Shown: piece by piece, positions 1 to 9,479 of the stretch
How positions within the stretch are numbered: the first letter of the stretch is position 1
Layout of the letters: every line of letters begins with the position of its first letter
DNA from: an uncultured delta proteobacterium
Lineage (GTDB): Bacteria > Myxococcota_A > Polyangia > Polyangiales > Houyiibacteriaceae
Reading direction: 5' to 3'
DNA length: 64,000 nucleotides
Assembly (NCBI GenBank): GCA_963699755.1
Contig: CAVOVB010000003.1
Location: 672,001 to 736,000 of the forward strand
The notes under the pieces: generated by a model
What the model was told of the DNA's origin: nothing
The model's database searches: none
Seen by the model: only the letters and a program-made list of their open reading frames with translations
Position numbers and translations under genes: made by a program

Positions 1-1243
1 GGTACGCGGTCGGCATGTCGACCTGGGCGCCCGCGTTTCGGAGCGACTCAGGCAGGACTTCACGGGCGACTTCGGCACGCGGAAGCAGAATGCGGGTTCG
101 TTCTCCAAGGAGCGGCCGAATCGCGCGGATGACCCCCTCTGCGCGAGCGTCCGCCGCAACGAGGTCTGCCTTGAGCCCATGCGCGCGCAACGCCTCAAGC
201 GTCTTGCTGCCGATGGCGCAGACCTTGGCACCCGCCAATGCCCGGAGGTCCAATCCGGCTTCATCGATCGTAGAGAAGACGGCCTCGACCGTGTTGGCGC
301 TCGTGAAGAGAATCCAATCGTAGCGATCGAGCCCTTTCACCGCACTGCGAAGCGGTGCGAGATCGACCGGAGGCGCGATTCGAATCGTCGGCGCCAAGAT
401 CGCTTGCGCGCCTTCGTCGCGAAGCCTGGAGGCAAGTGAACCGGCCTGATGGATGGCGCGGGTCACCACGATGCGTTTGCCGAACAGGGGCTTGGTATCG
501 AACCAGCGAAGGTTGCTCCGCAAGCGCACGACCTCGCCTACGATGGTGAGCGCAGGCAAGCCGAGCCCAGCATTCGATGCGCGCTGATGAATATCGGCCA
601 GCGTGCCAACGATGGTGCGCTGCTTCGGAAGGGATGCCCATTGAACGACCGCCACCGGGGTGTCCGCAGGGCGCCCGTGTTCGATCAAGAGCCTGCTGAG
701 CGAGTCGAGCTTCCGCATGCCCATGAAGATGACCAGTGTCTGAGTAGCGGTCGCGAGCTTCGACCAGTCGTGGTCGGTGCGGTCCTTCTCCACTGACTCC
801 GTGGCCGTCACGTAGGCGACACTCGAAGCAAGCGTACGATGCGTCAATGACAGGCCGGCGTACGCCGTGGCTGCGAGGGGAGAGGGGACGCCAGGAACCA
901 CTTCGAACGGAATTCCCTCGGACGCGAGCAACTCGGCTTCCTCGGAGCCACGTCCGAATAGATAGGGATCGCCACCCTTGAGCCGGACGACCGTCTTTCC
1001 AGCGCGGGCAGCTTCGACGAGCTGCCGATTGATCTCGGCCTGGCGCTGGCTGACCCGGCCGGCGCGCTTGCCGACGAAGACGAGCTCGGCATCGGGCCTG
1101 GCCGCGCTCAGCTGTTCGGGGTGCACCAGAGCGTCGTAGAGGACGACGTCGGCCTCGCGCAGACGCCGGAGCCCGCGCGCGGTGATCAGCTCTGGATCGC
1201 CTGGGCCCGCACCGACCAAGTACACTGTCCCGGGCGCGGTCAT
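1..1243 (-). CDS. cobA: Bifunctional uroporphyrinogen-III C-methyltransferase / uroporphyrinogen-III synthase (CobA/HemD), truncated by window edge
   Basis: Not in the ORF track. Manual translation from ATG at 1243 gives MTAPGTVYLVGAGPGDPELIT, then VVRLKGGDP and later PLFGKRIVVTRA (start of HemD domain). Confidence 0.92.
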   Translation of the reverse strand, partial: MTAPGTVYLVGAGPGDPELITARGLRRLREADVVLYDALVHPEQLSAARPDAELVFVGKRAGRVSQRQAEINRQLVEAARAGKTVVRLKGGDPYLFGRGSEEAELLASEGIPFEVVPGVPSPLAATAYAGLSLTHRTLASSVAYVTATESVEKDRTDHDWSKLATATQTLVIFMGMRKLDSLSRLLIEHGRPADTPVAVVQWASLPKQRTIVGTLADIHQRASNAGLGLPALTIVGEVVRLRSNLRWFDTKPLFGKRIVVTRAIHQAGSLASRLRDEGAQAILAPTIRIAPPVDLAPLRSAVKGLDRYDWILFTSANTVEAVFSTIDEAGLDLRALAGAKVCAIGSKTLEALRAHGLKADLVAADARAEGVIRAIRPLLGERTRILLPRAEVAREVLPESLRNAGAQVDMPTAY

Positions 1244-1248
1244 GTTGC

Positions 1249-1734
1249 TCAGGAACCGCCCGGATCATCCGGCGGAACGATCGGCTCGGTTTCGACCACG
1301 CCGCTGCGCCGTTTGCGCTTCTGGACCGCTCGGGCCTTCACTTGTGGCCGCACGCCGCCGGCGTCGTTCGGAATGAACCGAATCTCGGTCTTCACTTCGA
1401 ACGACAAGGATGTGAGGGCCCGGTAGAACTCGCCTGCGATATCGGTCGCTTCGAGGAAATCGCGGACTTCTTTCGCGACGGTTCGAACCAGCGCGTTCTT
1501 GGTCTCATCGACCGAAGCAAACACATAGCCGATCAGCTCCTTTGGTAGCCTGCCGTCCTGGGTGACCCCGCGAAGGGCGCTATCCGCACTCCGAAGCGTC
1601 CCAACGCCCGCTTCGATGCCCTTCTCCACGGCCCTTCGCAGCGTGTCGCGAAGCACACCTTCGGACCAGCGACGTTCTCGTTCGCCTTGATCGGCGGAGT
1701 CGGAAGCCTTTTCGTCGGATTCTTGAGGCATCAT
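1249..1734 (-). CDS. Hypothetical protein (helical)
   Basis: Protein-like ORF from MMPQESDEK; stop is 5 nt upstream of the cobA start, suggesting co-transcription. Confidence 0.7.
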   Translation of the reverse strand: MMPQESDEKASDSADQGERERRWSEGVLRDTLRRAVEKGIEAGVGTLRSADSALRGVTQDGRLPKELIGYVFASVDETKNALVRTVAKEVRDFLEATDIAGEFYRALTSLSFEVKTEIRFIPNDAGGVRPQVKARAVQKRKRRSGVVETEPIVPPDDPGGS

Positions 1735-1952
1735 GGTTTCACCATACCTCGACCCGAGCAGGGGTCGAGCCCTTGAAGCATACCCCAGGCGCACGCGATG
1801 CGCAGTTTCATTGAACCGAACGCGAACATGACTGGCGTTCGAATACGACACGCTTGATACCCACGCTTGGAACCGAGAACGTCACGTTCCGGCGCCCTTC
1901 GTGCAGCCGACGAGTCTTGCGTTCAAAAAACCGACCAGCTATACGAATATGG

Positions 1953-2891
1953 ATGGACCGCGGTGCAAGCATGGTCGAAGAGCTCTGGCAGCAAGCCGAA
2001 GAAGCTCTCGAAGCGTCCTCCAAGCGCGCCGAAGGGCTGCTGACCCAACTGGTCTCCATCGCGGACGAGGGGAGCGAGGCGTCGCTGTTCGCCCATCGGC
2101 ATCTTGCTGAGCTGTTCCTCGAAGACAATCCCTGGAAAGCGGCCTTGCACCTGCGGCGCGTGCTCAGCTACTGCGCCGACGATGACATCCTCCACGCGCT
2201 CATGGGTCTTTGCCATGCGTTGCTCGGCAACTACCGATGTGCAGCTCGCTCCTACCGCGAGGCGTCGAGCCTCGCTCCGCAAACGCCCTGGTATCACCAC
2301 AACCTCGGCCACTTGATGGACGTTGCCCTCGATGATCCGAGCGGCGCGCAGCATCACCTGCGGCGCGCCTACGAGCTCGAGCCCGAGCACGACGAAATCA
2401 TCGGCTCGCTCGCGCACTGCGTCGCACGTCTCGGTGACCTCGATGAAGCCCAGAAGCTCGCAGAGCTCGCGCGAGAAAAGGGTCCATGCAACCCCGATCA
2501 TCGCGGGCTTCTCGATTGGATCGAACGGGGCGCGACCGATACGGCTGCGGCAATCGCATCATCGGTGCGCCTCCCACCGAGCGACCGCGTTGCCGAGACC
2601 GTAGAGCGGAAGATGGGTGAAGCCGGCTACTCTCGCGACGAAATCCAACGCGCGACGCAGCTCTGGTCCGACATGAAAGCGCATTGCGAGCTTCGTGTCA
2701 CCAAGCCTGAAGTTTTGGCCGCGGCGCTCGAATACGCGATTGCAGTGGTCGAGCGGCGCCCAGGTTTCACGCAAGCCGAGGTGGCTCGAAGGTACGGGGT
2801 TGCGCCCACATCGGTGTCGGCTCGCTTTGCGCAAATTCGAAACGCGCTGGCCTTGCGGCCCGGCGATCCTCGTTACGCAGCATCACGCTGA
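1953..2891 (+). CDS. TPR protein with C-terminal TFIIB/cyclin-like HTH domain
   Basis: TPR-like repeats (HALMGLCHALLGNYRCA, YHHNLGHL); C-terminal KPEVLAAALEY...TQAEVARRYGV. Start uncertain (1953 or 1971). Confidence 0.75.
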   Translation: MDRGASMVEELWQQAEEALEASSKRAEGLLTQLVSIADEGSEASLFAHRHLAELFLEDNPWKAALHLRRVLSYCADDDILHALMGLCHALLGNYRCAARSYREASSLAPQTPWYHHNLGHLMDVALDDPSGAQHHLRRAYELEPEHDEIIGSLAHCVARLGDLDEAQKLAELAREKGPCNPDHRGLLDWIERGATDTAAAIASSVRLPPSDRVAETVERKMGEAGYSRDEIQRATQLWSDMKAHCELRVTKPEVLAAALEYAIAVVERRPGFTQAEVARRYGVAPTSVSARFAQIRNALALRPGDPRYAASR

Positions 2892-2912
2892 AAACTAGCC
2901 AGCACCCGCGCG

Positions 2913-3740
2913 ATGGCCTATTCGGGTTTCATGGACGCGCTGTCCAGTGCCACGATGCTTTGCCGTGTCTTGATCGGTCTCGACCGAGCGAGCGCAAGCG
3001 GCGTCCTGCATCTCGTGGCTGAGGGGCGTCGGGCGACCATGTCCTTTCATTCTGGGGCGCTGCTCGATGCGAACATCGATCGTCGGGTGCCGATTTCGCA
3101 CCGGCAGGTTCTCGATCAGGTCTTCGGGATGTGCCAATGGAGCGGACTGGCGCTGCGCCTGGTGCAGTCAGACTCCGCAGCGGGTTCCTGGAGGTTGGCT
3201 GAGCCGCTGCCCGCGCGAATCCTCGCGCTTCAGACGATGCGCGCCGCCGTGAACAGCGTCGAGAGCGCAAGCCTGCGCGCCCAGCTCGGGAATGCGACGT
3301 ACTACCTCACCGAGGTGGGCGAGTCGCTTCTTCGAACCGCAGAGCTTCGGCCCGAAGAAGCCGCCCTTGTGTTCGGGCTTCGTAGGGGCGTGCTGGCCGA
3401 AGAGCTCGCCTCACGGCCCGGCTTCGGACCGATAGGGCATCGGTTCCTCTGGATCCTCAAGTTGCTCGGCGGAGCCTCGCCCAAGGCCGGTGGCTCTTAC
3501 CCGCTCTTGCTTCGCAAGCAAAGAGAGATCCGCAAGCGTGCCTCGGCACACGCGCTTCTCGACCTTCCTGAGGGCGCAGGAGGTCGTGACGCGCGCGTGG
3601 CGCTTCGAAAGCTGGTTCGGGACCTCCATCCCGACCGCTTCGGCAACGGCACGCCATCTGCGCTTCGCCGTGCCTCTGGGGAGATCACGACCGCGTTGGT
3701 CAACGCCGAGGCGCAGATCGCGTCAGGGCGCCCGAACTAG
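2913..3740 (+). CDS. J-domain (DnaJ-like) protein with N-terminal DUF4388-like region
   Basis: C-terminal ALRKLVRDLHPDRF carries the HPD motif; N-terminal ASGVLHL...F.SG.L pattern. Confidence 0.7.
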   Translation: MAYSGFMDALSSATMLCRVLIGLDRASASGVLHLVAEGRRATMSFHSGALLDANIDRRVPISHRQVLDQVFGMCQWSGLALRLVQSDSAAGSWRLAEPLPARILALQTMRAAVNSVESASLRAQLGNATYYLTEVGESLLRTAELRPEEAALVFGLRRGVLAEELASRPGFGPIGHRFLWILKLLGGASPKAGGSYPLLLRKQREIRKRASAHALLDLPEGAGGRDARVALRKLVRDLHPDRFGNGTPSALRRASGEITTALVNAEAQIASGRPN

Positions 3741-3755
3741 GCTCGGGCGAGGCCT

Positions 3756-4289
3756 TCACTCGACTCGCTGGTGCACGTGCAACGTGTCCGCGGGCTTGAA
3801 GCCGTCCACATCGATGGTCGCGCGCCGCTCGAAGATCGAGCTCACACCGTCCCCGTCGAGGTCGCCCTCCGCTCGAAACGAGACCGATAGGAGCTCGTCC
3901 GCGGCGGTGAGGTCACAGCCGTGGTCGCTGGGCCGGTAGCTGTAGCTGTAGCGTACCGGTCGGTCCGGCTGGAACGCAAGCGCTTCCCAGCTCGCATGGC
4001 CGCTCTGCTCCTCGGCGGCGAAGTCGACCTTTGTCGCGTCGACCGTCGGCGTTGCGGGGGTCGGTCCCGCGCCTTCTGGAAGACAAAATCGCTTTCCGCC
4101 CTCCCACGATGCAGCGTAGTACGCTGCGGCACGGTCGCTCATCTCTTGTAGCAGCTCGGAGGCCTCGCTGATCTTGTTGGTCCGCACCCGACGAAGGAAC
4201 GTCGGAACGAAGACAGCGAGGACGATGCCAAGGAGGCAAAGCAGAAGCGCTGCTTCGATCAAGCTCAATCTCGGACGACCGCGGGGCAA
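3756..4289 (-). CDS. Type IV pilin-like protein (minor pilin)
   Basis: LSLIEAALLLCLLGIVLAVFVP N-terminal helix with E5; shares the C-terminal AEGDLDGDG motif with neighbouring pilins. Confidence 0.8.
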   Translation of the reverse strand: MPRGRPRLSLIEAALLLCLLGIVLAVFVPTFLRRVRTNKISEASELLQEMSDRAAAYYAASWEGGKRFCLPEGAGPTPATPTVDATKVDFAAEEQSGHASWEALAFQPDRPVRYSYSYRPSDHGCDLTAADELLSVSFRAEGDLDGDGVSSIFERRATIDVDGFKPADTLHVHQRVE

Positions 4290-4331
4290 AGCCGCGGGAC
4301 TGTGAGAGACCAGTGCGAGTTTGGCAAGAAC

Positions 4332-5180
4332 CTAGCTCGCGTCTTCGAGGCCGATGGCCGGCTCGACGGGGTCGGCTACGAAGAAATAGAGCGTCGAAGG
4401 CATATAAGGAAACTCCTCTTCACGTCGCCTCTCGAACTCCTCGTTGGCGCTTCGGAACGCCTCCGCATAGGTTTCGTCCCTCAGCTGGGCGAGGCGAATC
4501 TCGATCTGAGCCTTCACCTTTGGGTCGCGGATCATCGCGTACATCTCTTCGAGGTGGCGGAGCTCACGATCGGTCTGGCCTAGCTTTCGCAAAGAGGTCG
4601 CATTCGTCATGACCAGCCAAGGAGGCCCTCCTCCGAGGCGGGCGGCAGCCATCATGTAGTCGTTCCCTTCGGCTTCGAGACGGGCGCGGTCGGGATCGTC
4701 CTTCGGAAGGTGCGGCAGCAGCTCGTAGGTGATCGTCGCTCCGGTGTCCCAGGCCAGCTCCCCGTCGTTGGGGAATCGCTCCGAGCCCCGGCGGAGTACG
4801 TCGATCGCGCGCTCCACGAATTCGTTCGAGCTGCCGGTTGGTGTATACACGCCAGCCATCCCAACCCAGCGGTATACCCGCTTGAAGTCAGGGTCGAGCG
4901 CGAGCATCGACTCGCCATAGTTGAAGACGTGCTTGACCGCGCCGCGGTTCGCAAACTCGTCGCCGAAGTAGAGCAGGGCCCGAAGCCAAATCAAATCCGC
5001 GAGCGCCCGTCGATGGCCCAGGCTCATCACCTCCAACCATGCAGGGGGCGGCAGATAGTAGATGTCTTCGTAGGTCTGTGTCCCCAGGTACTGGTCCATC
5101 GCCCGCCCGCGAAGCGACCAAATCCCGAGCAGCCCGCCCAGAATTGCGACGACGCCGATGATTCGCCCCACCTGCCTCAC
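4332..5180 (-). CDS. Membrane-anchored helical/TPR-like protein downstream of pilA (possibly myxobacterial PilG-like)
   Basis: N-terminal TM helix, YLPP...SLGHRRALADLIWLRAL, helical repeats; lies directly after pilA. Confidence 0.6.
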   Translation of the reverse strand: MRQVGRIIGVVAILGGLLGIWSLRGRAMDQYLGTQTYEDIYYLPPPAWLEVMSLGHRRALADLIWLRALLYFGDEFANRGAVKHVFNYGESMLALDPDFKRVYRWVGMAGVYTPTGSSNEFVERAIDVLRRGSERFPNDGELAWDTGATITYELLPHLPKDDPDRARLEAEGNDYMMAAARLGGGPPWLVMTNATSLRKLGQTDRELRHLEEMYAMIRDPKVKAQIEIRLAQLRDETYAEAFRSANEEFERRREEEFPYMPSTLYFFVADPVEPAIGLEDAS

Positions 5181-5221
5181 GAGCCCAGTATAACGAAGAT
5201 GCAGTGGCTCTCCGCTTAAAC

Positions 5222-5254
5222 GGAAAAGGCCGCGACGAGCGCCGCGGCCTTTCC
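5222..5254 (-). terminator. Intrinsic terminator after pilA
   Basis: Minus strand reads GGAAAGGCCGCG-loop-CGCGGCCTTTTCC then GTTT, about 20 nt after the pilA stop. Confidence 0.75.
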
Positions 5255-5273
5255 AGTCGTCATCCGAGAGCGA

Positions 5274-5846
5274 TTACTCGAGCGCGTCGATCTGCTGGAT
5301 GCCGGGTGCGCGATAGAGCACGTTGTCGTCGTTCGAACCCGCTTCGAGGTTGAAGGTCGACTCGTCGGCGTCCCCGTCCAGGTTGCCATGGGCGAAGAAG
5401 GTGTAGAGCGTGGTGTCCCGGGACCCGTTCCCACAAATGCTGGCCGCGGGGTCCGCGGTCAGGCCGTATTCGAAGTAGAGCCCATCGGCCGGTGCGAAGT
5501 TCATTGCCTGGAACTCGGCGGCGTTCGTCTCGTTGTCCCAAATGATGACGCGCTTGTCGGGGCTCGGAGCGCCATCCATGACCGCGCTGTTAATCGTGCA
5601 GTGCGACACGGCCGCGACGGTCGTGCCCACAGCGGGAACGCCACCGGTCCAGTTCTCCGCCTCGTAGTACGCGGCTGCGCCCTGGAACATCGACTTGAGG
5701 TTCGCCGGGGCTTCCGCCGTCTTCGAACGCTTCACGTAGTTGATGAATGCCGGGATCGCGATCGCGGCGAGAATGCCGATGATGGCGACGACGATCATCA
5801 GCTCGATGAGGGTGAATCCCTCTTTCTTCGAGAGTAGCTTGTTCAT
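5274..5846 (-). CDS. pilA: Type IVa major pilin
   Basis: [32 protein letters not shown] prepilin motif; has its own sigma54 promoter and terminator; two Cys. Confidence 0.92.
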   Translation of the reverse strand: MNKLLSKKEGFTLIELMIVVAIIGILAAIAIPAFINYVKRSKTAEAPANLKSMFQGAAAYYEAENWTGGVPAVGTTVAAVSHCTINSAVMDGAPSPDKRVIIWDNETNAAEFQAMNFAPADGLYFEYGLTADPAASICGNGSRDTTLYTFFAHGNLDGDADESTFNLEAGSNDDNVLYRAPGIQQIDALE

Positions 5847-5905
5847 ATTCAGTTCCTTTTCCCCCGGGCCCTGTGCCCGCATCATTCAAAGTTGCTCCAA
5901 GACAA

Positions 5906-5922
5906 TGCAACTGCCGTGCCGA
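5906..5922 (-). promoter_or_regulatory. Sigma54 (-24/-12) promoter of pilA
   Basis: Minus strand TCGGCACGGCAGTTGCA matches TGGCACG-N4-TTGC with exact GG-N10-GC spacing. Confidence 0.88.
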
Positions 5923-5960
5923 TTCTCCCGGACCCCATGCTCAGCCGGAAATTATTGGCC

Positions 5961-5973
5961 AATCCAGGTCTTG
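5961..5973 (+). promoter_or_regulatory. Putative IHF site between enhancer and sigma54 promoter
   Basis: AATCCAGGTCTTG versus WATCAANNNNTTR (1 mismatch), preceded by AT-rich AAATTATT. Confidence 0.5.
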
Positions 5974-5995
5974 CGGTGCCGGGGAGCAGCCTGCG

Positions 5996-6035
5996 GGGAC
6001 AGATTTCGTCACCCGCAGGTGACGGAAATTGTCAC
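5996..6035. promoter_or_regulatory. Tandem palindromic enhancer (putative PilR sites)
   Basis: GGGAC-N7-GTCAC (5996-6012) and GTGAC-N7-GTCAC (6019-6035), centres 23 bp apart. Confidence 0.65.
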
Positions 6036-6541
6036 TTCCAGCCGCCTGTTCCGCTGGCACTGTTATAGATGTGGTCCGATTGGGAGTAGATCTCGAGGTA
6101 GAAGGACTCGCCATCCCCGTTGAGATCTCCCTCGGCCCTGGCTGCGAACCAATGGTCGTCTTTGTCGAGCCCGGTATCGGCCGGTGGGTCTTCGCCGGCC
6201 AGGCCAGCGATGGTCGCATACCGAAACCGGATGGGGGCATTGGGTGACGCGCCGAGCTGCCGCCATTCGACGGTGCTCTCCCAGACCACAGGGTCCTCTC
6301 CCGGAATCGCGGTTGGGTTCCAGCTCCCCCAGTCATCTTCATCTACGGCGCAGTACTGACCGAATTCGTTCCGGTAGGACTCCTGCCGCTGCTTGATCTT
6401 GCCGAGGAAGTTCGTCGCCTCGGTGACCCGCGCTTTGTAGATGTACGAGGTGAAGGTGGGAATCGCCAGAGTCGCCAAGACACCAATGATGACAACGGTG
6501 ATCATCAGCTCCGTAATCGTGTAGCCTTGATTCCGCTTCAT
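6032..6541 (-). CDS. Type IV pilin-like protein
   Basis: MKRNQG|YTITELMITVVIIGVLATLAIP; ATGA overlap with the upstream pilin. Confidence 0.88.
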   Translation of the reverse strand: MKRNQGYTITELMITVVIIGVLATLAIPTFTSYIYKARVTEATNFLGKIKQRQESYRNEFGQYCAVDEDDWGSWNPTAIPGEDPVVWESTVEWRQLGASPNAPIRFRYATIAGLAGEDPPADTGLDKDDHWFAARAEGDLNGDGESFYLEIYSQSDHIYNSASGTGGWK

Positions 6542-7059
6542 TCCCATCCCCCCGTGCCCTCGGCGCTGTTGTACATGTTTCGAGACTGCGAGTAGACCTC
6601 GAGCGTGAACGATACGTCGTCGTCGTCGAGGTCTCCTTGTGCCTGCGCGGCGTACCAGAACGTCCTTTCGTCGAGGTTGGTGCCGGCTGGCGCCGTATCT
6701 CCCGGAAAGCCCGCGACGGTCGCGTAGCGAAACCGCACCGGCCCTGGCGGGCGGAGCCCGAGCTCTTCCCACTCCGGCGAGCTTGGCCAGGCCACCGGTT
6801 GCGATCCTGGAATCGACGCAGGCGTGTAGTTGGTCCAGTTGCTCGTTCCGCTCACCGCGGCGTAATTGCCGAAGCGGCTCCGGTAGGCTTCCTGTCGGGT
6901 CTTGATCTCGTTGAGCACCGTCACCGCCTCGGTGACGCGACCGCGGTACACGTAGCCCTTGAACGACGGGATCGCGACGGCCGCCAAGATACCGACGATC
7001 GCGACGCCGATGAGGAGCTCAATGGTGGTGAAGCCTTTGCTTCGCAGGTGACGCGACAA
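6538..7059 (-). CDS. Type IV pilin-like protein
   Basis: TTG start with GGAGG RBS; SRHLRSKG|FTTIELLIGVAIVGILAAVAIP. Confidence 0.88.
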   Translation of the reverse strand: MSRHLRSKGFTTIELLIGVAIVGILAAVAIPSFKGYVYRGRVTEAVTVLNEIKTRQEAYRSRFGNYAAVSGTSNWTNYTPASIPGSQPVAWPSSPEWEELGLRPPGPVRFRYATVAGFPGDTAPAGTNLDERTFWYAAQAQGDLDDDDVSFTLEVYSQSRNMYNSAEGTGGWE

Positions 7060-7084
7060 GGAAGAACCTCCAGCTTGGAGTATA

Positions 7085-8479
<1,395 letters not shown>

Positions 8480-8555
8480 ACCCCCGCCTACACCTTACGT
8501 CAAAACGCCCGAGTGGCCACGAGAGTTGCAGGCCCGACCGCCCCCGCGCCATCGC

Positions 8556-8840
8556 CTAGCTGAAGCCCGCGCGCCGACCTCCGGCCCCGCTTGGCGGTCG
8601 GACGCAAAGCCCATGTAGGCTGCTGTATTCCAGGAAGTAGACCGCGTGGTGCTCGCGGGAAGAGGCCTCGCAGAATGCCTCTTGGAGCCTGATTGCGGCC
8701 ACCTCGGACACTTCCATCGCTTGGCCAGGTTCCCCGATGTACAGCGACAAATTGTAGCCCTCCGCGACCTTGTACCCGTCACCGTCGCGCTTCACCCCGG
8801 ATGCTGCTTCGAGCATGGCCTCGAACGTTGGTCGTTGCAT
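8556..8840 (-). CDS. Small hypothetical protein
   Basis: 94-aa beta-rich ORF MQRPTFEAML...RRAGFS upstream of pilR. Confidence 0.6.
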   Translation of the reverse strand: MQRPTFEAMLEAASGVKRDGDGYKVAEGYNLSLYIGEPGQAMEVSEVAAIRLQEAFCEASSREHHAVYFLEYSSLHGLCVRPPSGAGGRRAGFS

Positions 8841-8904
8841 GCGCCTGAGCTTTGATGCGAGCGGGCGGCTGGTCAAGCCTTGGGGTTCGAGGTAGGCCGC
8901 TAGC

Positions 8905-9456
8905 GTGGCGAAGGGCGGGGAGGAGCTCTGGGAAAGTGAGGTCCTGGTCAGCGATTCGATTGGTCGCCTGATCGAGTTCTGGGGCTTCAAGCGGAACATG
9001 GGCCGTCTTTGGGCGATCCTGTATCTGTCCGACCGTCCGCTCAGCGCTCCGGAAATGCAGGAACGGCTTCAGCTCAGCAGCGGCGCAGTCTCGATGACCC
9101 TCAACGAGCTGACACGCTGGGGCGTCGTCAAAAAGGTTTGGCTCCAGGGCGAGCGGCGCGACCACTACGCCGCCGAGGGCAACTTCTGGAAAATGATCTC
9201 GCGTGTCTTCAACGAGCGTGAGCGGGTCGAGGTCCTCGACGCGATCGACATCATGGAAGACGCCATCGAATTCCTGAAGGACAAAGCCAAGACGCCAACC
9301 GATCGGAGTAGGGCGCGCTTCCAGGAAGAACGCATCCGCGAGCTGCTCGACCTTGCGCGTTTGGGAAAACAGCTGCTCGATGCCTTGGTCAAGGATGCCA
9401 AAGTCGACGGAAGCCCATTGATGGACGTGCTCCTTGGCGGAGCCGACAAAGGCTAG
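8905..9456 (+). CDS. GbsR/MarR-family transcriptional regulator
   Basis: FWGFKRNMGRLWAILYLS...LSSGAVSMTLNEL..WG winged HTH. Confidence 0.85.
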   Translation: MAKGGEELWESEVLVSDSIGRLIEFWGFKRNMGRLWAILYLSDRPLSAPEMQERLQLSSGAVSMTLNELTRWGVVKKVWLQGERRDHYAAEGNFWKMISRVFNERERVEVLDAIDIMEDAIEFLKDKAKTPTDRSRARFQEERIRELLDLARLGKQLLDALVKDAKVDGSPLMDVLLGGADKG

Positions 9457-9479
9457 GTGCGATTCCTGGCGTTCAGCCG

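Noticed and set aside
261..1268. 335-aa Arg-rich ORF
   Set aside because: Alternative frame over the real cobA/hemD gene.
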